From Alphaproteobacteria bacterium (GTDB lineage: Bacteria; Pseudomonadota; Alphaproteobacteria; Bin95): 64,000 bases of DNA. The stretch is taken from the NCBI GenBank assembly GCA_965202745.1, contig CBDBCB010000022.1, positions 239,835 to 303,834 of the forward strand, in the 5' to 3' direction. Made by a program: the position numbers and the translations under genes. Numbering within the stretch: position 1 is the stretch's first letter; the number at the start of each line of letters is the position of its first letter. The notes beneath the pieces were generated by a model, which saw only the letters and a list, made by a program, of their open reading frames with translations, searched no databases and was not told where the DNA came from. Shown here piece by piece: positions 20,366 through 30,593 of the stretch.

Positions 20366-20438
20366 TGTGACACGTTTTGACATCCGGCTGCAAGGCGAGG
20401 GCGAGACGGTGTTTTTTGATATCTGAGGGACCAAACCC

Positions 20439-20804
20439 ATGACCGTCAAACGCATCGTCACCAATGTCGCCGCCTCCTCAGTCACAGAGGTGCGCCAGTT
20501 CTATGCCGATCTCTTTGACCTCACCGTGGTGATGGATCAGGGTTGGATCGCAACGTTGGCCACGGGCGATCAGGTGCCGGTGCAGATCAGCATCGCGAGC
20601 AAGGGCGGATCCGGCGCACCCGTGCCGGACATGACGATCGAGGTGGATGACCTCGACACGCTCCATGCCCGAGCGCAAGAGTTTGGTCATGAGATCCCTT
20701 ACCCGCTGACTTTAGAACCCTGGGGCGTTCGCCGGTTCTTTCTACGTGATCCAACGGGCAAATTGATCAACGTCATGTCACATGACACCGACGGCAAGGG
20801 TTGA
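20439..20804 (+). CDS. VOC/glyoxalase-bleomycin-resistance family protein
   Basis: 121-aa small beta-alpha-beta-beta-beta-type protein ('VRQFYADLFDL...HEIPYPLTLEPWGVRRFFLRDPTGKLINVMSH'). Confidence 0.55.
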   Translation: MTVKRIVTNVAASSVTEVRQFYADLFDLTVVMDQGWIATLATGDQVPVQISIASKGGSGAPVPDMTIEVDDLDTLHARAQEFGHEIPYPLTLEPWGVRRFFLRDPTGKLINVMSHDTDGKG

Positions 20805-21349
20805 AGGCCGCGCATAATGTTCCTCTCCAAAGGCGCCCCAGCCAATTGACCCGCACCCTTTTCATTCACACTGGCCCGGCCAAAACCGGCACCTCGGCGG
20901 TGCAGCACCTGCTGCGCGATCTTGATGATCCCAAGCTGGTTTACCTCAAAGCCGGCCAAGTTTTGGAAGTTACGCCCGGGCCTAAGGGCATCGCAAACAT
21001 CTACGACAAGGACATTTTGATCTTCGCGATCAGCCAGATCATGGCAGCCCGCAATGAAGGTCGCCCCTACTCTCGTGAAAACCAGTTCCAGGCGCAGGAC
21101 TTCTTGGAGTTCAGCAATCGCCACACCGGCGGACATGACTATGATCTTTTGCGAGACTCCCTTGACCGGCTAGATAGCACCCGCCTTAGAACAACGATCA
21201 AAACGGGTGGAGAAGAAACGTGGGAGGCTTTCGGCTTGATCGAGGGCGCAAAGATCAAGCGTAAGCGACAAGATGGCCGCGTTACCGAATGGGGTCTCAA
21301 GCTGTCAGAATGGCTATTCAAGGCCATTGAGGCGAACGAAGTCCTAACT
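20801..21349 (+). pseudogene. sulfotransferase-like protein (paralog 3), C-terminally truncated by IS21
   Basis: 'LFIHTGPAKTGTSAVQHLL' loop motif. The ORF runs into the IS21 left end ('...EANEVL|TVNGGAILGHGSGS' is IS21 terminal sequence). GC-rich, unlike paralogs 1 and 2. Confidence 0.55.
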
Positions 21350-22982
21350 GTGAACGGCGGAGCAATACTTGGCCACGGTAGCGGCAGCGTTGTGTTGTCG
21401 CGGGCGGCGTAAAAGTCGGCCACTTTTGTCCTTTCAATTAATGGGAGGGCTTGGGGATATTCACCGTGGAATTGTATTTGAAGGTTCGCCACGCTCACTT
21501 TGAGGAAGGTTTGAGGGGGCGTCAGATTGCGCGGGATTTTGGGATCAGCCGGGACAGTGTTTCAAAGATGTTGGCGTATTCTGAGCCGCCTGGTTATCGG
21601 CGTACGGCACCGATCAAACGACCAAAGCTTGATCCTTATACCGAGCAGAGTGACCAGTGGTTGGCGGAAGACAAGGCCCGGCCTCGCAAACAGCGCCACA
21701 CAGCCAACCGTATCTTTGAGCGGCTACGCGACGAATGCGCATTTGATGGTGGCTACACGATTGTCAAAGACTATGTGCGTTCGCCAAAGCGTGGCTCACG
21801 GGAGATGTTTGTGCCCTTGAGCCATCCCCCAGGGCATGGGCAGGCGGACTTTGGCGAAGCGTTGGTTGGTATCGGCGGGGTTGAGCAGAAGGCCTACTTC
21901 TTTGCCCTTGATCTGCCGCATAGCGATGCGTGCTACATCCGCGCGTATCCTGCGGCGAACACTGAAGCCTGGCTTGATGGGCATGTGCCCGCCTTTGCCT
22001 TCTTCGGCGCTGTACCGCGCTCAATCCTTTACGATAAGGATCGCTGCCTTGTGGCCAAGATCATGCCAGATGGCACCCGCAATCGTACGCAGCGGTTCCG
22101 TGCGATGCTATCTCACTACGTGATTGGGGAGAGGTATGGTCGCCCCGGCAAGGGCAACGATAAAGGCAAGGGTGAGGGGCTGGTTGGTTACGGGCGTCGC
22201 AACTTCATGGTTCCAATGCCGCGGTTCGCGAACTGGGATGCGTTCAACGACTATCTTGAAGAACAATGCCGCAAACGGCAGGCTGACATTCTGCGTGGCC
22301 ACAAGATCAGCATCGGTGAACGACTGGGCGCTGATCTGGCGGCGATGCGCACCCTGCCAGCCGCGCCCTTTGAAGCTTGTGATCTGCAGAGCGGCTAGGT
22401 CACATCAACATCCCAAGGACGATTGCGTGGCAACGATTACTCAGGGCCGGTTGCCTATGGCCACCGCGAGGGTTGGATCATTGGATCAAGGGCTTCGGTG
22501 ACCGCGTCGTCATCGGGTGCGCCACCGAAGTCATCGCGGACCATCCCCGCTGCTATGACACGGGCGACATGATGTTCGATCCGGTACACTACCTGCCTCT
22601 CATCGAGCGCAAGATCATGTCCTTTGATCCAGCCACGCCATTGCAAGGCTGGGACTTGCCTGACGCGTTCCAAACCCTCCAACGATTATTGGAAGCCCGG
22701 CAGGGCAAGGCCGGAAAGCGGGAATATGTTCAGGTACTGCGGCGGCTGGAGCGCTTTGAGCTGGAGGTTTTGCATCTGGCAATCAAAGACGCACTGCAGA
22801 TGAGGGCGGTCAGCTTTGACGCAATCAAACACTTATTGCTTTGCCGGGTCGAGAGACGACCACCGAGACTGGATCTGGATGTTTACCCGTTCCTGCCCAG
22901 AACCAATATCGCAACAAGGGCGGCATCATCCTACATGAGCTTGCTGGCGGGAGATAGCGCATGAGCGATGCTCCAGAACGGT
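21350..22982 (+). mobile_element. IS21-family element copy A (left end plus istA; truncated inside the istB start by IS6)
   Basis: Left terminus 'gtgaacggcggagcaatact.ggccacggtagcggcag...' is shared with 35345. Identity to copy B runs through 22982, where the IS6 inverted repeat (IR) begins. Confidence 0.7.
21451..22964 (+). pseudogene. istA: IS21 transposase IstA with in-frame TAG and 8-bp tandem-duplication frameshift
   Basis: '...FEACDLQSG*VTSTSQGRLRGNDYSGPVAYGHREGWI' (TAG at 22396-22398), then 'ggg-ttggatca-ttggatca-aggg' (about 22458-22480) shifts the frame into 'LDHWIKGFGDRVVIGCATEVI...'. The same two lesions are in copy B. Confidence 0.75.
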
Positions 22983-22983
22983 A

Positions 22984-23790
22984 TTGCCAAGTTGTTGGCG
23001 GCAGACAGTGCTTCATTGGCGGCGGCTGGGTCACGCCACCATTTCTGCGGTGTAGCCGGACCATAGGCTGAATGCATCGGAACGGGCGTGGCGGTATGAA
23101 GTTGCGTTGAGTTGATAACGGGGGGGGCGGAAAACCAGGTTGATCTGATCGTGCGCAGACAAAAACCTCTGAGCTTGCCGGTGAGATTTGAACCGGCCCA
23201 ATATTTTTCTCTTTTGCGAGTTGAGCGGTGCGAGACTTCGATCACGTTGTTTAGGCCTTTGTGAGCCCGGTGGTCAGCTTTCGGGGCCAATGACTTGATC
23301 GGTTTGATGTAGCTAGGCAACTTGTCCGTGATGACGACTCTCGGTTCGCCAAACCGTTCGGTCAATCTTTGGAAAAAGCGCCTTGCCGCTTTGGCATTTC
23401 GGCGCGATTGCACGAGGATATCAAGAACGTCTCCATTGGCGTCGATCGCCCGCCACAGCCAGTGTTTCTTGCCGCGGATCATGATCACGACTTCGTCCAT
23501 GTGCCACTTGTCGTTCGGTGAAGGTCGATCCCGCCGGATGCAATCCGCAAAATGTCGACCAAAACGATTGACCCACAACCGGACCGTTTCCCGACTGACA
23601 ATCACACCCCGCGCAGCCAACAAGTCTTCAACATCAGCAGTGCTCAGTGCGAAGCGGTGGTACGCCCAGACTGCCCAAGCAATGATCTCACGAGAAAAGC
23701 GGAACCCCTTCAGGCGCGGCAAGGTGGTCGGAATGTTCATGACCCACTGATAACCCGGTCAAGTCAGGCGAACAAATTGGCAATACCTTG
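22984..23790 (-). mobile_element. IS6-family insertion sequence (~807 bp)
   Basis: Terminal IRs are 'ggtattgccaagttgttggc' (22984-) and '...caaattggcaatacc' (-23790). Internal transposase starts 'MNIPTTLPRLKGFRFSREIIAWAVWAY...WHMDEVVIMIRGKKHWLWRAIDANGDVLDI...NNVIEVSHRSTRKRE'. Confidence 0.65.
23038..23740 (-). CDS. IS6-family transposase (C-terminus possibly altered; the ORF reads through the IR)
   Basis: About 234 aa of IS26-like architecture. The open frame continues to 22931 across the element end. Confidence 0.65.
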
Positions 23791-23947
23791 CAAAGACCTC
23801 GGCGTGAAGCCTGTAACTTTCTACCGATACATCGACCCCAACGGCAATCTACACGACTACGGGAAACGTGTACTCGAAGTTTAACATACTATCCTGCACC
23901 AAGCCAGAAGCCACCCCTAATTGGTTGATACCACACGATCAAGGCCC

Positions 23948-24211
23948 TCAGGATGCCGCTGATGGCCTATCATGGGTTTCTGGTAGGGGGGTATTATAGG
24001 ATCTTTTGCGACCACCTTCCGACTCATCGGCGCTCCCCGCGCCTCCGAGAGACGCTTCCGGGTAAATCCTCCCCGTGCCTCCACGCGCTGAAAACGGCTC
24101 CCCTCTCCGGCCGTGCCGGATTCTCAATGACGCGACCCCCACCCAGGGGGCACCCCCCGTAATGAGGTGTGCCGCCTCAAACTGACCGTACATAGTATTC
24201 CACTCAAACAA
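23948..24211 (-). CDS. hypothetical 87-aa ORF inside IR-L (copy at 27964..28227 +)
   Basis: ORF with an AT-rich putative promoter immediately upstream (24212-24340). No homology recognised; could be spurious. Confidence 0.25.
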   Translation of the reverse strand: MFEWNTMYGQFEAAHLITGGAPWVGVASLRIRHGRRGEPFSARGGTGRIYPEASLGGAGSADESEGGRKRSYNTPLPETHDRPSAAS

Positions 24212-24507
24212 TTACCTCCTGATCCCAAATACCCTACCCCTACCCCTATAATTTAAATAAAATCATCATCAAATATTTTCTTAATATACAAACACAAAAA
24301 TATAACCATAGGAATACTATACCCCTCACTACAGATTATTTTTTGGCAGATATCAACTCACCGCAAACTCATACCGACACGCCCGTTCCGATGCATTCAA
24401 CCTCTGGGGTGAGTACACCGCTGAAAGGGCAGCCTGAGTACTGCGAGACAATACTTTGCTCGCAGCCTCAAACAACTTGGCAATACCCCGCAATGACATA
24501 CGCAGCG

Positions 24508-24882
24508 TCAGGGGGTGCCGATGAGGGCCATGCGAATGGCGGGCACAACAGCGGTCCAGAGTGCGCCGAGCGCCAGAGCCATGCCAATCAGAAGCGCCAT
24601 CCCGCGCAGGGTCTTGTTGACACTCTCGGCAATCTCCGTCCGGACCTCGGCAATCTCCGTCCTGACTTCGCCGATCCGTTTGTCCAACGCCGCGCCCTGT
24701 TTCATAATCTGCTTCTCGAGACGGCCTTCCGCCTCGCGCAGATCAGCGGCGGTCGTGAACGCCGTGTTGGTGAACGCGGCGTTCACGACCGAAACCAGGG
24801 CCCGCGCGGATTTGTTGTCCAGACCGGCGGCTTTGAGCTCATCGATGGCCTTGGCGGTGTCAATGGCGGCGGCGGGCAGCAT
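24508..24882 (-). CDS. DUF1640-like coiled-coil protein with C-terminal TM helix (identical inverted copy at 27293..27667)
   Basis: '...KAAGLDNKSARALVSVVN...AADLREAEGRLEKQIMKQGAALDKRIGEVRTEIAEVRTEIAESVNKTLRGMALLIGMALALGALW'. A 21-bp unit (ctcggcaatctccgtccggac / ...cctgac) is tandemly duplicated at 24631-24672. Confidence 0.45.
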   Translation of the reverse strand: MLPAAAIDTAKAIDELKAAGLDNKSARALVSVVNAAFTNTAFTTAADLREAEGRLEKQIMKQGAALDKRIGEVRTEIAEVRTEIAESVNKTLRGMALLIGMALALGALWTAVVPAIRMALIGTP

Positions 24883-25334
24883 GGGCGGGATCCTTTCATC
24901 CCCGATATAGCCGGGATCAAAGGCGCGCGCCAGTCCTGCCCCGGTTCAATTCAACCTGGCTCCTGCGCGGCCTGAAACCCGAATATCTCAACCGGCACCG
25001 CCTCACGCAGGCCGGGCAGCGCCATAACGACACCGCCAATCACCAGAACGGTCAGGAGCATCGCATCAAGAGCCGCCCAAAGCAGTCGCCGGTGCAATGC
25101 CCGTTCAACGCCGCTCAGCAGCTCGTCCAGTAGTTCCTGGGAAATCGTCATGGTCGGCATGCTCCTTCGTGAATGAAGCAGGGACTGAATTACTCATACA
25201 CAGAAAATGGGACACTCTCCTAGCGATCCTTGAGCCATTTCTGCGCGGGCTGATAGCCGCCAATGTAGAAATCCCATGACATGGGCGGCGCGTCGGCAAA
25301 ATACTGACTGTCATTGATCCAGACGCATCCATCC

Positions 25335-25976
25335 TCAAAGCGGCGCTTGCCCACCACGTTGCCAAAGTTGATCTCTGCTGTTGTCGATTGTGAGACTGTC
25401 CCGCGCGGTGACGATACCTACAGAATTCACAGGCATGAAATCATTGATCTTGATGCCTTGTTCGTATGCTTCCCGCGTCTCAAAATCCCGTTTTACAAGC
25501 GGATGCTGTGGGGCGGGGCTATCGAGTTTTGAGAATATAGGCGTAGTGAGATTTGCGCTCTGTAGAGCCTCATACTTCGCCGCACGAGCGCCCCATAGAT
25601 CGCCATGCATCACCTCGGCCAAGCCCTTACCGCCACCCTTTTTCTTCACGCCGATAATGATCGAGACGCCCTGTTGAATGTCGAACACGTTCTTGTCGGG
25701 CTTGCCCTCTGGCGTGACCTCCTTCTTTTTGGCATTGCCGTGCAGATCAAGAACCCAAATGCGGTCGAAGGTGTTCAGCAGGTGCCACCGCATCCCCCGA
25801 AAGGTCGGATTGTCGAGATAGCCGTGGTTGGTGATGAACCGGAGAACGCCTTCGCCGTTCTTCTCGATCAGGTGCGAGGACAGGCGGATGAATTTCACAT
25901 AAAGATCGTTGAGCCATTTCGGGTTGCGCTCTTGCAGCTTCACCTTGCCGCCCGGCTCTTTTTTATAGTCGTTCAT
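25335..25976 (-). pseudogene. N6-adenine DNA methyltransferase / type IIG RM C-terminal-like fragment
   Basis: 'VLRFITNHGYLDNPTFRGMRWHLLNTFDRIWVLDLHGN...' resembles the C-terminal region of gamma-class N6-methyltransferases and RM fusion enzymes. Only 213 aa with no catalytic NPPY/F segment, so it is a fragment. Confidence 0.4.
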
Positions 25977-26258
25977 CAGGTCGCCAATCCACTCAAACCG
26001 CCGTCGATCTCGGGCCAGCGGATTTTACGGCCGGTGTTGTCGTTCGCAACTTTCGGGCATAGCTCGCTCGGGGCTGCAAAACGATAGCGAAGCAAGACGC
26101 CGCAACGGTATCGGGATGACGACGATGACGGACGGAACCGTGGCGGTCGCGGCCGAGGGCAAAACCTGACACCGTGACCGATTGATCTGGATTGCAATGC
26201 AATCATCGCCTAAAAATGTTGCAAACACAGACTTGCCTGCTTCCGAAGGACTTCGCTC

Positions 26259-26501
26259 ATGGCCAGCATCACGATCCGCCACCTCGACGACGGCATAAAG
26301 CGACGGCTGCGCATTCGTGCCGCCGAGCATGGCCGCTCCATGGAGGAAGAAGCTCGAGAAATCCTGCGCCAGGTGGTCGGTGACGCAACGCCATCCTCCA
26401 ACCTAGCCGCCGCCATCCGGAGCCGGTTTGCCAACCTTGGCGGGGTCGAGCTCGACCTTGCGACCCGTGAGCCTATGCCTGAGCCGCCGGGGCTCGATTG
26501 A
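26259..26501 (+). CDS. vapB: VapB/FitA-type antitoxin
   Basis: 80 aa ('ITIRHLDDGIKRRLRIRAAEHGRSMEEEAREILRQ') of ribbon-helix-helix/FitA type. It sits immediately upstream of a PIN-domain gene. Confidence 0.65.
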   Translation: MASITIRHLDDGIKRRLRIRAAEHGRSMEEEAREILRQVVGDATPSSNLAAAIRSRFANLGGVELDLATREPMPEPPGLD

Positions 26502-26505
26502 GACA

Positions 26506-26934
26506 ATGATTATCCTCGACACTAACATTGTGTCCGAACTGCTTCGCCCGGCACCGGAGCCCAGGGTTGAAGCCTGGCTCGCCGCCCAAGAGGGTGCGGC
26601 GGTGTATCTCACCACGATTAGCGAAGCTGAGTTGCGCCTCGGCGTGGCGATCCTCGCCAAAGGCAAACGCAAGGCCGCGCTGGCTCAGGCCGTCGATGAG
26701 ATGCTTCGGGAAGACTTCCGAGACCGTATCCTTCCCTTCGACAGCGCGGCGGCCGAGGCTTATGCGCTCATCGGAGCTGAGCGCCGGGCGGCGGGACGGC
26801 CGATCAGCCAGTTTGACTGCCAGATTGCCGCCATCGGCCGTGCCCAAGGCGCGACCGTTGCCACCAGAAACGCCAAGGATTTTGAAGGGTGCGGGATCGA
26901 GATCATCGACCCGTGGCAGAGAACAAGGAAATGA
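26506..26934 (+). CDS. vapC: PIN-domain toxin VapC/FitB
   Basis: 'MIILDTNIVSELLRP...' with acidic PIN residues (D at position 6, E..., 'DCQIAAIG', 'ATRNAKDF'). Confidence 0.75.
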   Translation: MIILDTNIVSELLRPAPEPRVEAWLAAQEGAAVYLTTISEAELRLGVAILAKGKRKAALAQAVDEMLREDFRDRILPFDSAAAEAYALIGAERRAAGRPISQFDCQIAAIGRAQGATVATRNAKDFEGCGIEIIDPWQRTRK

Positions 26935-26949
26935 CAACAGACATTCAGA

Positions 26950-28235
26950 ATCTAGGAGAGTGTCCCATTTTCTGTGTATGAGTAATTCAGTCCCTGCTTC
27001 ATTCACGAAGGAGCATGCCGACCATGACGATTTCCCAGGAACTACTGGACGAGCTGCTGAGCGGCGTTGAACGGGCATTGCACCGGCGACTGCTTTGGGC
27101 GGCTCTTGATGCGATGCTCCTGACCGTTCTGGTGATTGGCGGTGTCGTTATGGCGCTGCCCGGCCTGCGTGAGGCGGTGCCGGTTGAGATATTCGGGTTT
27201 CAGGCCGCGCAGGAGCCAGGTTGAATTGAACCGGGGCAGGACTGGCGCGCGCCTTTGATCCCGGCTATATCGGGGATGAAAGGATCCCGCCCATGCTGCC
27301 CGCCGCCGCCATTGACACCGCCAAGGCCATCGATGAGCTCAAAGCCGCCGGTCTGGACAACAAATCCGCGCGGGCCCTGGTTTCGGTCGTGAACGCCGCG
27401 TTCACCAACACGGCGTTCACGACCGCCGCTGATCTGCGCGAGGCGGAAGGCCGTCTCGAGAAGCAGATTATGAAACAGGGCGCGGCGTTGGACAAACGGA
27501 TCGGCGAAGTCAGGACGGAGATTGCCGAGGTCCGGACGGAGATTGCCGAGAGTGTCAACAAGACCCTGCGCGGGATGGCGCTTCTGATTGGCATGGCTCT
27601 GGCGCTCGGCGCACTCTGGACCGCTGTTGTGCCCGCCATTCGCATGGCCCTCATCGGCACCCCCTGACGCTGCGTATGTCATTGCGGGGTATTGCCAAGT
27701 TGTTTGAGGCTGCGAGCAAAGTATTGTCTCGCAGTACTCAGGCTGCCCTTTCAGCGGTGTACTCACCCCAGAGGTTGAATGCATCGGAACGGGCGTGTCG
27801 GTATGAGTTTGCGGTGAGTTGATATCTGCCAAAAAATAATCTGTAGTGAGGGGTATAGTATTCCTATGGTTATATTTTTGTGTTTGTATATTAAGAAAAT
27901 ATTTGATGATGATTTTATTTAAATTATAGGGGTAGGGGTAGGGTATTTGGGATCAGGAGGTAATTGTTTGAGTGGAATACTATGTACGGTCAGTTTGAGG
28001 CGGCACACCTCATTACGGGGGGTGCCCCCTGGGTGGGGGTCGCGTCATTGAGAATCCGGCACGGCCGGAGAGGGGAGCCGTTTTCAGCGCGTGGAGGCAC
28101 GGGGAGGATTTACCCGGAAGCGTCTCTCGGAGGCGCGGGGAGCGCCGATGAGTCGGAAGGTGGTCGCAAAAGATCCTATAATACCCCCCTACCAGAAACC
28201 CATGATAGGCCATCAGCGGCATCCTGAGGGCTTTT
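26950..28235. repeat. right copy of the 1.29-kb inverted repeat (IR-R)
   Basis: Reverse complement of 23940-25224. Junction sequences 'ctaggagagtgtcccattttctgtg' at 26950 and 'cacagaaaatgggacactctcctag' at 25200-25224 mark the inner ends. Confidence 0.85.
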
Positions 28236-28397
28236 AACGCATCATTGGCCTACCTGGCGGCATTGATCCTCCGACAGGTGTGTGGCAGGCCTCTCAAAAC
28301 TCATGCCAGCACGCCTGATTTGAGAGGTTTGTTTCGAGAGATGATTTTGAGAGATTGTGAGTGGATCCAGAGCGCGAGCACACATGCTCGCCCATGC

Positions 28398-29360
28398 CCT
28401 CTCATAAACGACCGTTTATGGGAGGAGCAGGATTAGCCACCAAGAGTTGCATGTGTAGCGTCAAGCCACGCCCAGCCGCTTGAGACGCTCGCGCAGCCCT
28501 GCCTCGATCTCGTCTGCCGTCCGCTCGGTCTTGTTCTCGGTCTCCACGCGGTCTGTCCGCAGGGCTACAGACTTGCCAAGCAGCTCCAGAGCCCGCACTC
28601 TCGCGCCGTCTTGGACCTTGTCAGATAGGGCTATGGCCTGTAGCTCCGACAGCACCAGATCGGCCCTAGAGAGGCTCTGCATGCGCAGTTGCGCCTGCTT
28701 TTCCCGCCAAAGCCCCTCAAGCCTTGCTGTTACCTTGTTGTGTGTTGCCAGCTCATGTGCATTACGCCAGACCGTCGATGCAGCCATATTATCGGCATCA
28801 TAGGCGTGTCGGTAAGCATCGCTAAACGTCTTGCCCTCGGCGACCGCTACGGCAAATAGCTCCTGTTTGATCGTCAGGCCGTGTGGCCCGACTACTGGCG
28901 AGCGCTGCTGACCTGGCCCTTTGGCTGGCTCTACCGGCTGCCCGTCGACCACGGCCAGCGATGGCGCGGCCTTGTTGCGCGTCGTCGCCGCCAGCCGCGT
29001 TTGAGCAGTGCGGGAGCGGACGCCAGGCCAGATGCCTGCGTGCCGGGCATGTCGAGACGGGCAGGGGAGTCAGTTGGCCAGCACCCTGTCGAGCAGCGTT
29101 ATGACCACGATCCCGCCCACCATGATGCTGCCCAGCAGGATGGTCATGTCCTTTTTGAGGGCAACCATATCCTTGCGCAGGGCCTCGACCGATGTGTCGA
29201 TCTTCTGGTCCAGCGCCTTCATGTCCTTTTTGAGGGCCTCGACCGATGTGTCGATCTTCTGGTCCAGCGCCTTCATGTCCTTTTGCAGAAGCGCAATATC
29301 GTCCTTTGTGGCCAGATTTTCGGTGATCCCCTCCGCAAAGGTGCCGGCCAGGGTTTCGGC
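28398..29360. repeat. second copy of the ~0.95-kb terS/DUF1640 module (first copy 16428-17335)
   Basis: Identical from '...gaccgtttatgggaggagcaggattagccaccaagagttgcatgtgtagcg' through terS into DUF1640. It differs by one aa in terS (V/A) and by a 54-bp in-frame tandem duplication. Confidence 0.8.
28461..28952 (-). CDS. phage terminase small subunit-like protein (copy 2)
   Basis: 163 aa, identical to 16490..17014 except for one residue. Confidence 0.5.
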   Translation of the reverse strand: MVDGQPVEPAKGPGQQRSPVVGPHGLTIKQELFAVAVAEGKTFSDAYRHAYDADNMAASTVWRNAHELATHNKVTARLEGLWREKQAQLRMQSLSRADLVLSELQAIALSDKVQDGARVRALELLGKSVALRTDRVETENKTERTADEIEAGLRERLKRLGVA

Positions 29361-29429
29361 CTGTTCCGATGTAAACCCCGCCGCGCCCAGACGCCGGGCG
29401 GCTTTCAGCGTATCGAAGGCAACGGACAT
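29070..29429 (-). CDS. DUF1640-like coiled-coil membrane protein, full length, with 54-bp in-frame tandem duplication
   Basis: 'MSVAFDTLKAARRLGAAGFTSEQAETLAGTFAEGITENLATKDDIALLQKDMKALDQKIDTSVEAL[KKDMKALDQKIDTSVEAL]RKDMVALKKDMTILLGSIMVGGIVVITLL'. The duplicated 18-aa unit maps to 29191-29244 versus the next 54 bp. Confidence 0.5.
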   Translation of the reverse strand: MSVAFDTLKAARRLGAAGFTSEQAETLAGTFAEGITENLATKDDIALLQKDMKALDQKIDTSVEALKKDMKALDQKIDTSVEALRKDMVALKKDMTILLGSIMVGGIVVITLLDRVLAN

Positions 29430-29544
29430 GGGCAGGCGCTCCGGTTGGGGACACGTCTTGATATAGAGCTTTTCCCCGCCGCGCGCCAGAGGGCGCGCGG
29501 CATGGGGATCGCTCCGCAACCCTGTGGAAATGCGTGACCGGGCA

Positions 29545-30593
29545 CTATCGTCGCCGCTCAGCATAGTTCGGGATCATATCGGCGTTGTTGGCGATATAGG
29601 TCTGGAATTCGGGCGCGGTTTTTCTGAGGGCCTTAATGCTGGCGTAGCCCGTTTCGATGTCGTCCAGATCGATGACCAGGTCTTCAATTACCAACGGCCC
29701 GTCATGCAGATTGCCGTTCCATAGAAAGCTCTTGATCTGGCGCAGTTGGCGCGACAGGGCTAGCGCATCATCAGGGTTGTGATGCGCTAGCCCCTTTACA
29801 TATTGCTGCATCACGGTGATCCGCATGGTGATATGGAACCAGTCGAGAAGGTGTTCCGAGGCGGGTGCCATGTGCCGAGCCATGTTGATGACGGTATCAC
29901 CACCATCAGTCATGAAGGTCACCGGCTGGTTCTCCTGCCAGCCTTGATCTTTCAGAACCTCATGCAATCGGCGCTTGGGCTTGTCGTCATGGCTTTGGAC
30001 AAGGCCAAGATAACGGTCTGGCCTATCAGCGGGGATCGATTTGCCAACGGTGCCCTCAAAATGAGACTGCCCGGCATCGCGGGATCGGACATACCCACCA
30101 TCGATCCCAACCGTGATTTGGCCCTGGGGATTGGGCATCTTTTCCCGTTGGTAAACACTGGTTTCGATGAAGCTGAAGCGCTCCTCGGCCAGCTCGGCCT
30201 CCATGCGCGAGGCAGCGCGCCCGAGGGGCCTTGCGCATGGTATCCGGGCTGAGCCGTTCATCGATTGGCAGAACGTCCTTCAGAATATCGGCCGTGACAC
30301 CCACCGTACGAAACCAGCGACGCCCATTTTGTCTCCAACCAAAGCAGTTCCGGCGCGATATGATCCGGCAAGAGTTCAGTCAACGGACTGAAGGTCTTGG
30401 CGGGGCCAGTATTGCAATGGCCGTGATAATAACGCGGACTCGGATCGGTGACATCGCCAAAGACCGTGCGTAATCGGATTTGACCGTGTGCCTTGCACCT
30501 CAACTTTCGCCCACAGCATAGGCAATTGGCGTGGGTCTGGCAGAACGTCGCGCATTGTACTGACACGATCTCTTGCTGCAACTTCAAGAGCAA
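29545..30593 (-). pseudogene. ISNCY/ISKra4-like transposase, frameshifted (two overlapping ORFs)
   Basis: N-terminal Cys-rich ORF 30258..30593 ('CQTHANCLCCGRKLRC...YHGHC'). DDE-like ORF 29545..30261 ('TVGIDGGYV...TFMTDGGD...HLLDWFHITMRI'). Family assignment is tentative. Confidence 0.4.

Larger units (their letters stand above)
23940..25224. repeat. left copy of a 1.29-kb inverted repeat (IR-L)
   Basis: ORFs 23948..24211(-), 24343..24975(+), 24508..24882(-) and 24951..25160(-) are mirrored exactly by 27964..28227(+), 27200..27832(-), 27293..27667(+) and 27015..27224(+). IR-L contains an IS6 end fragment (24345-24490), an AT-rich stretch (24215-24340) and an IS256-like end (25080-25224). Confidence 0.85.

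Noticed and set aside
22396-22480. Programmed frameshift or readthrough in IS21 istA
   Set aside because: IS21 IstA is normally a single uninterrupted ORF. The lesions are a nonsense codon plus an 8-bp tandem duplication, not a slippery heptamer. By contrast, the IS3 element at 33460-33470 does have the expected A6G slippery site.
24343-24975. 210-aa ORF 24343..24975 (and its mirror 27200..27832) as a real gene
   Set aside because: Its N-terminus is read-through of an IS6 end fragment ('INSPQTHTDTPVPMHS' mirrors the IS6 transposase tail). It lies antisense to the DUF1640-like gene and its composition is Gly/Arg-rich.
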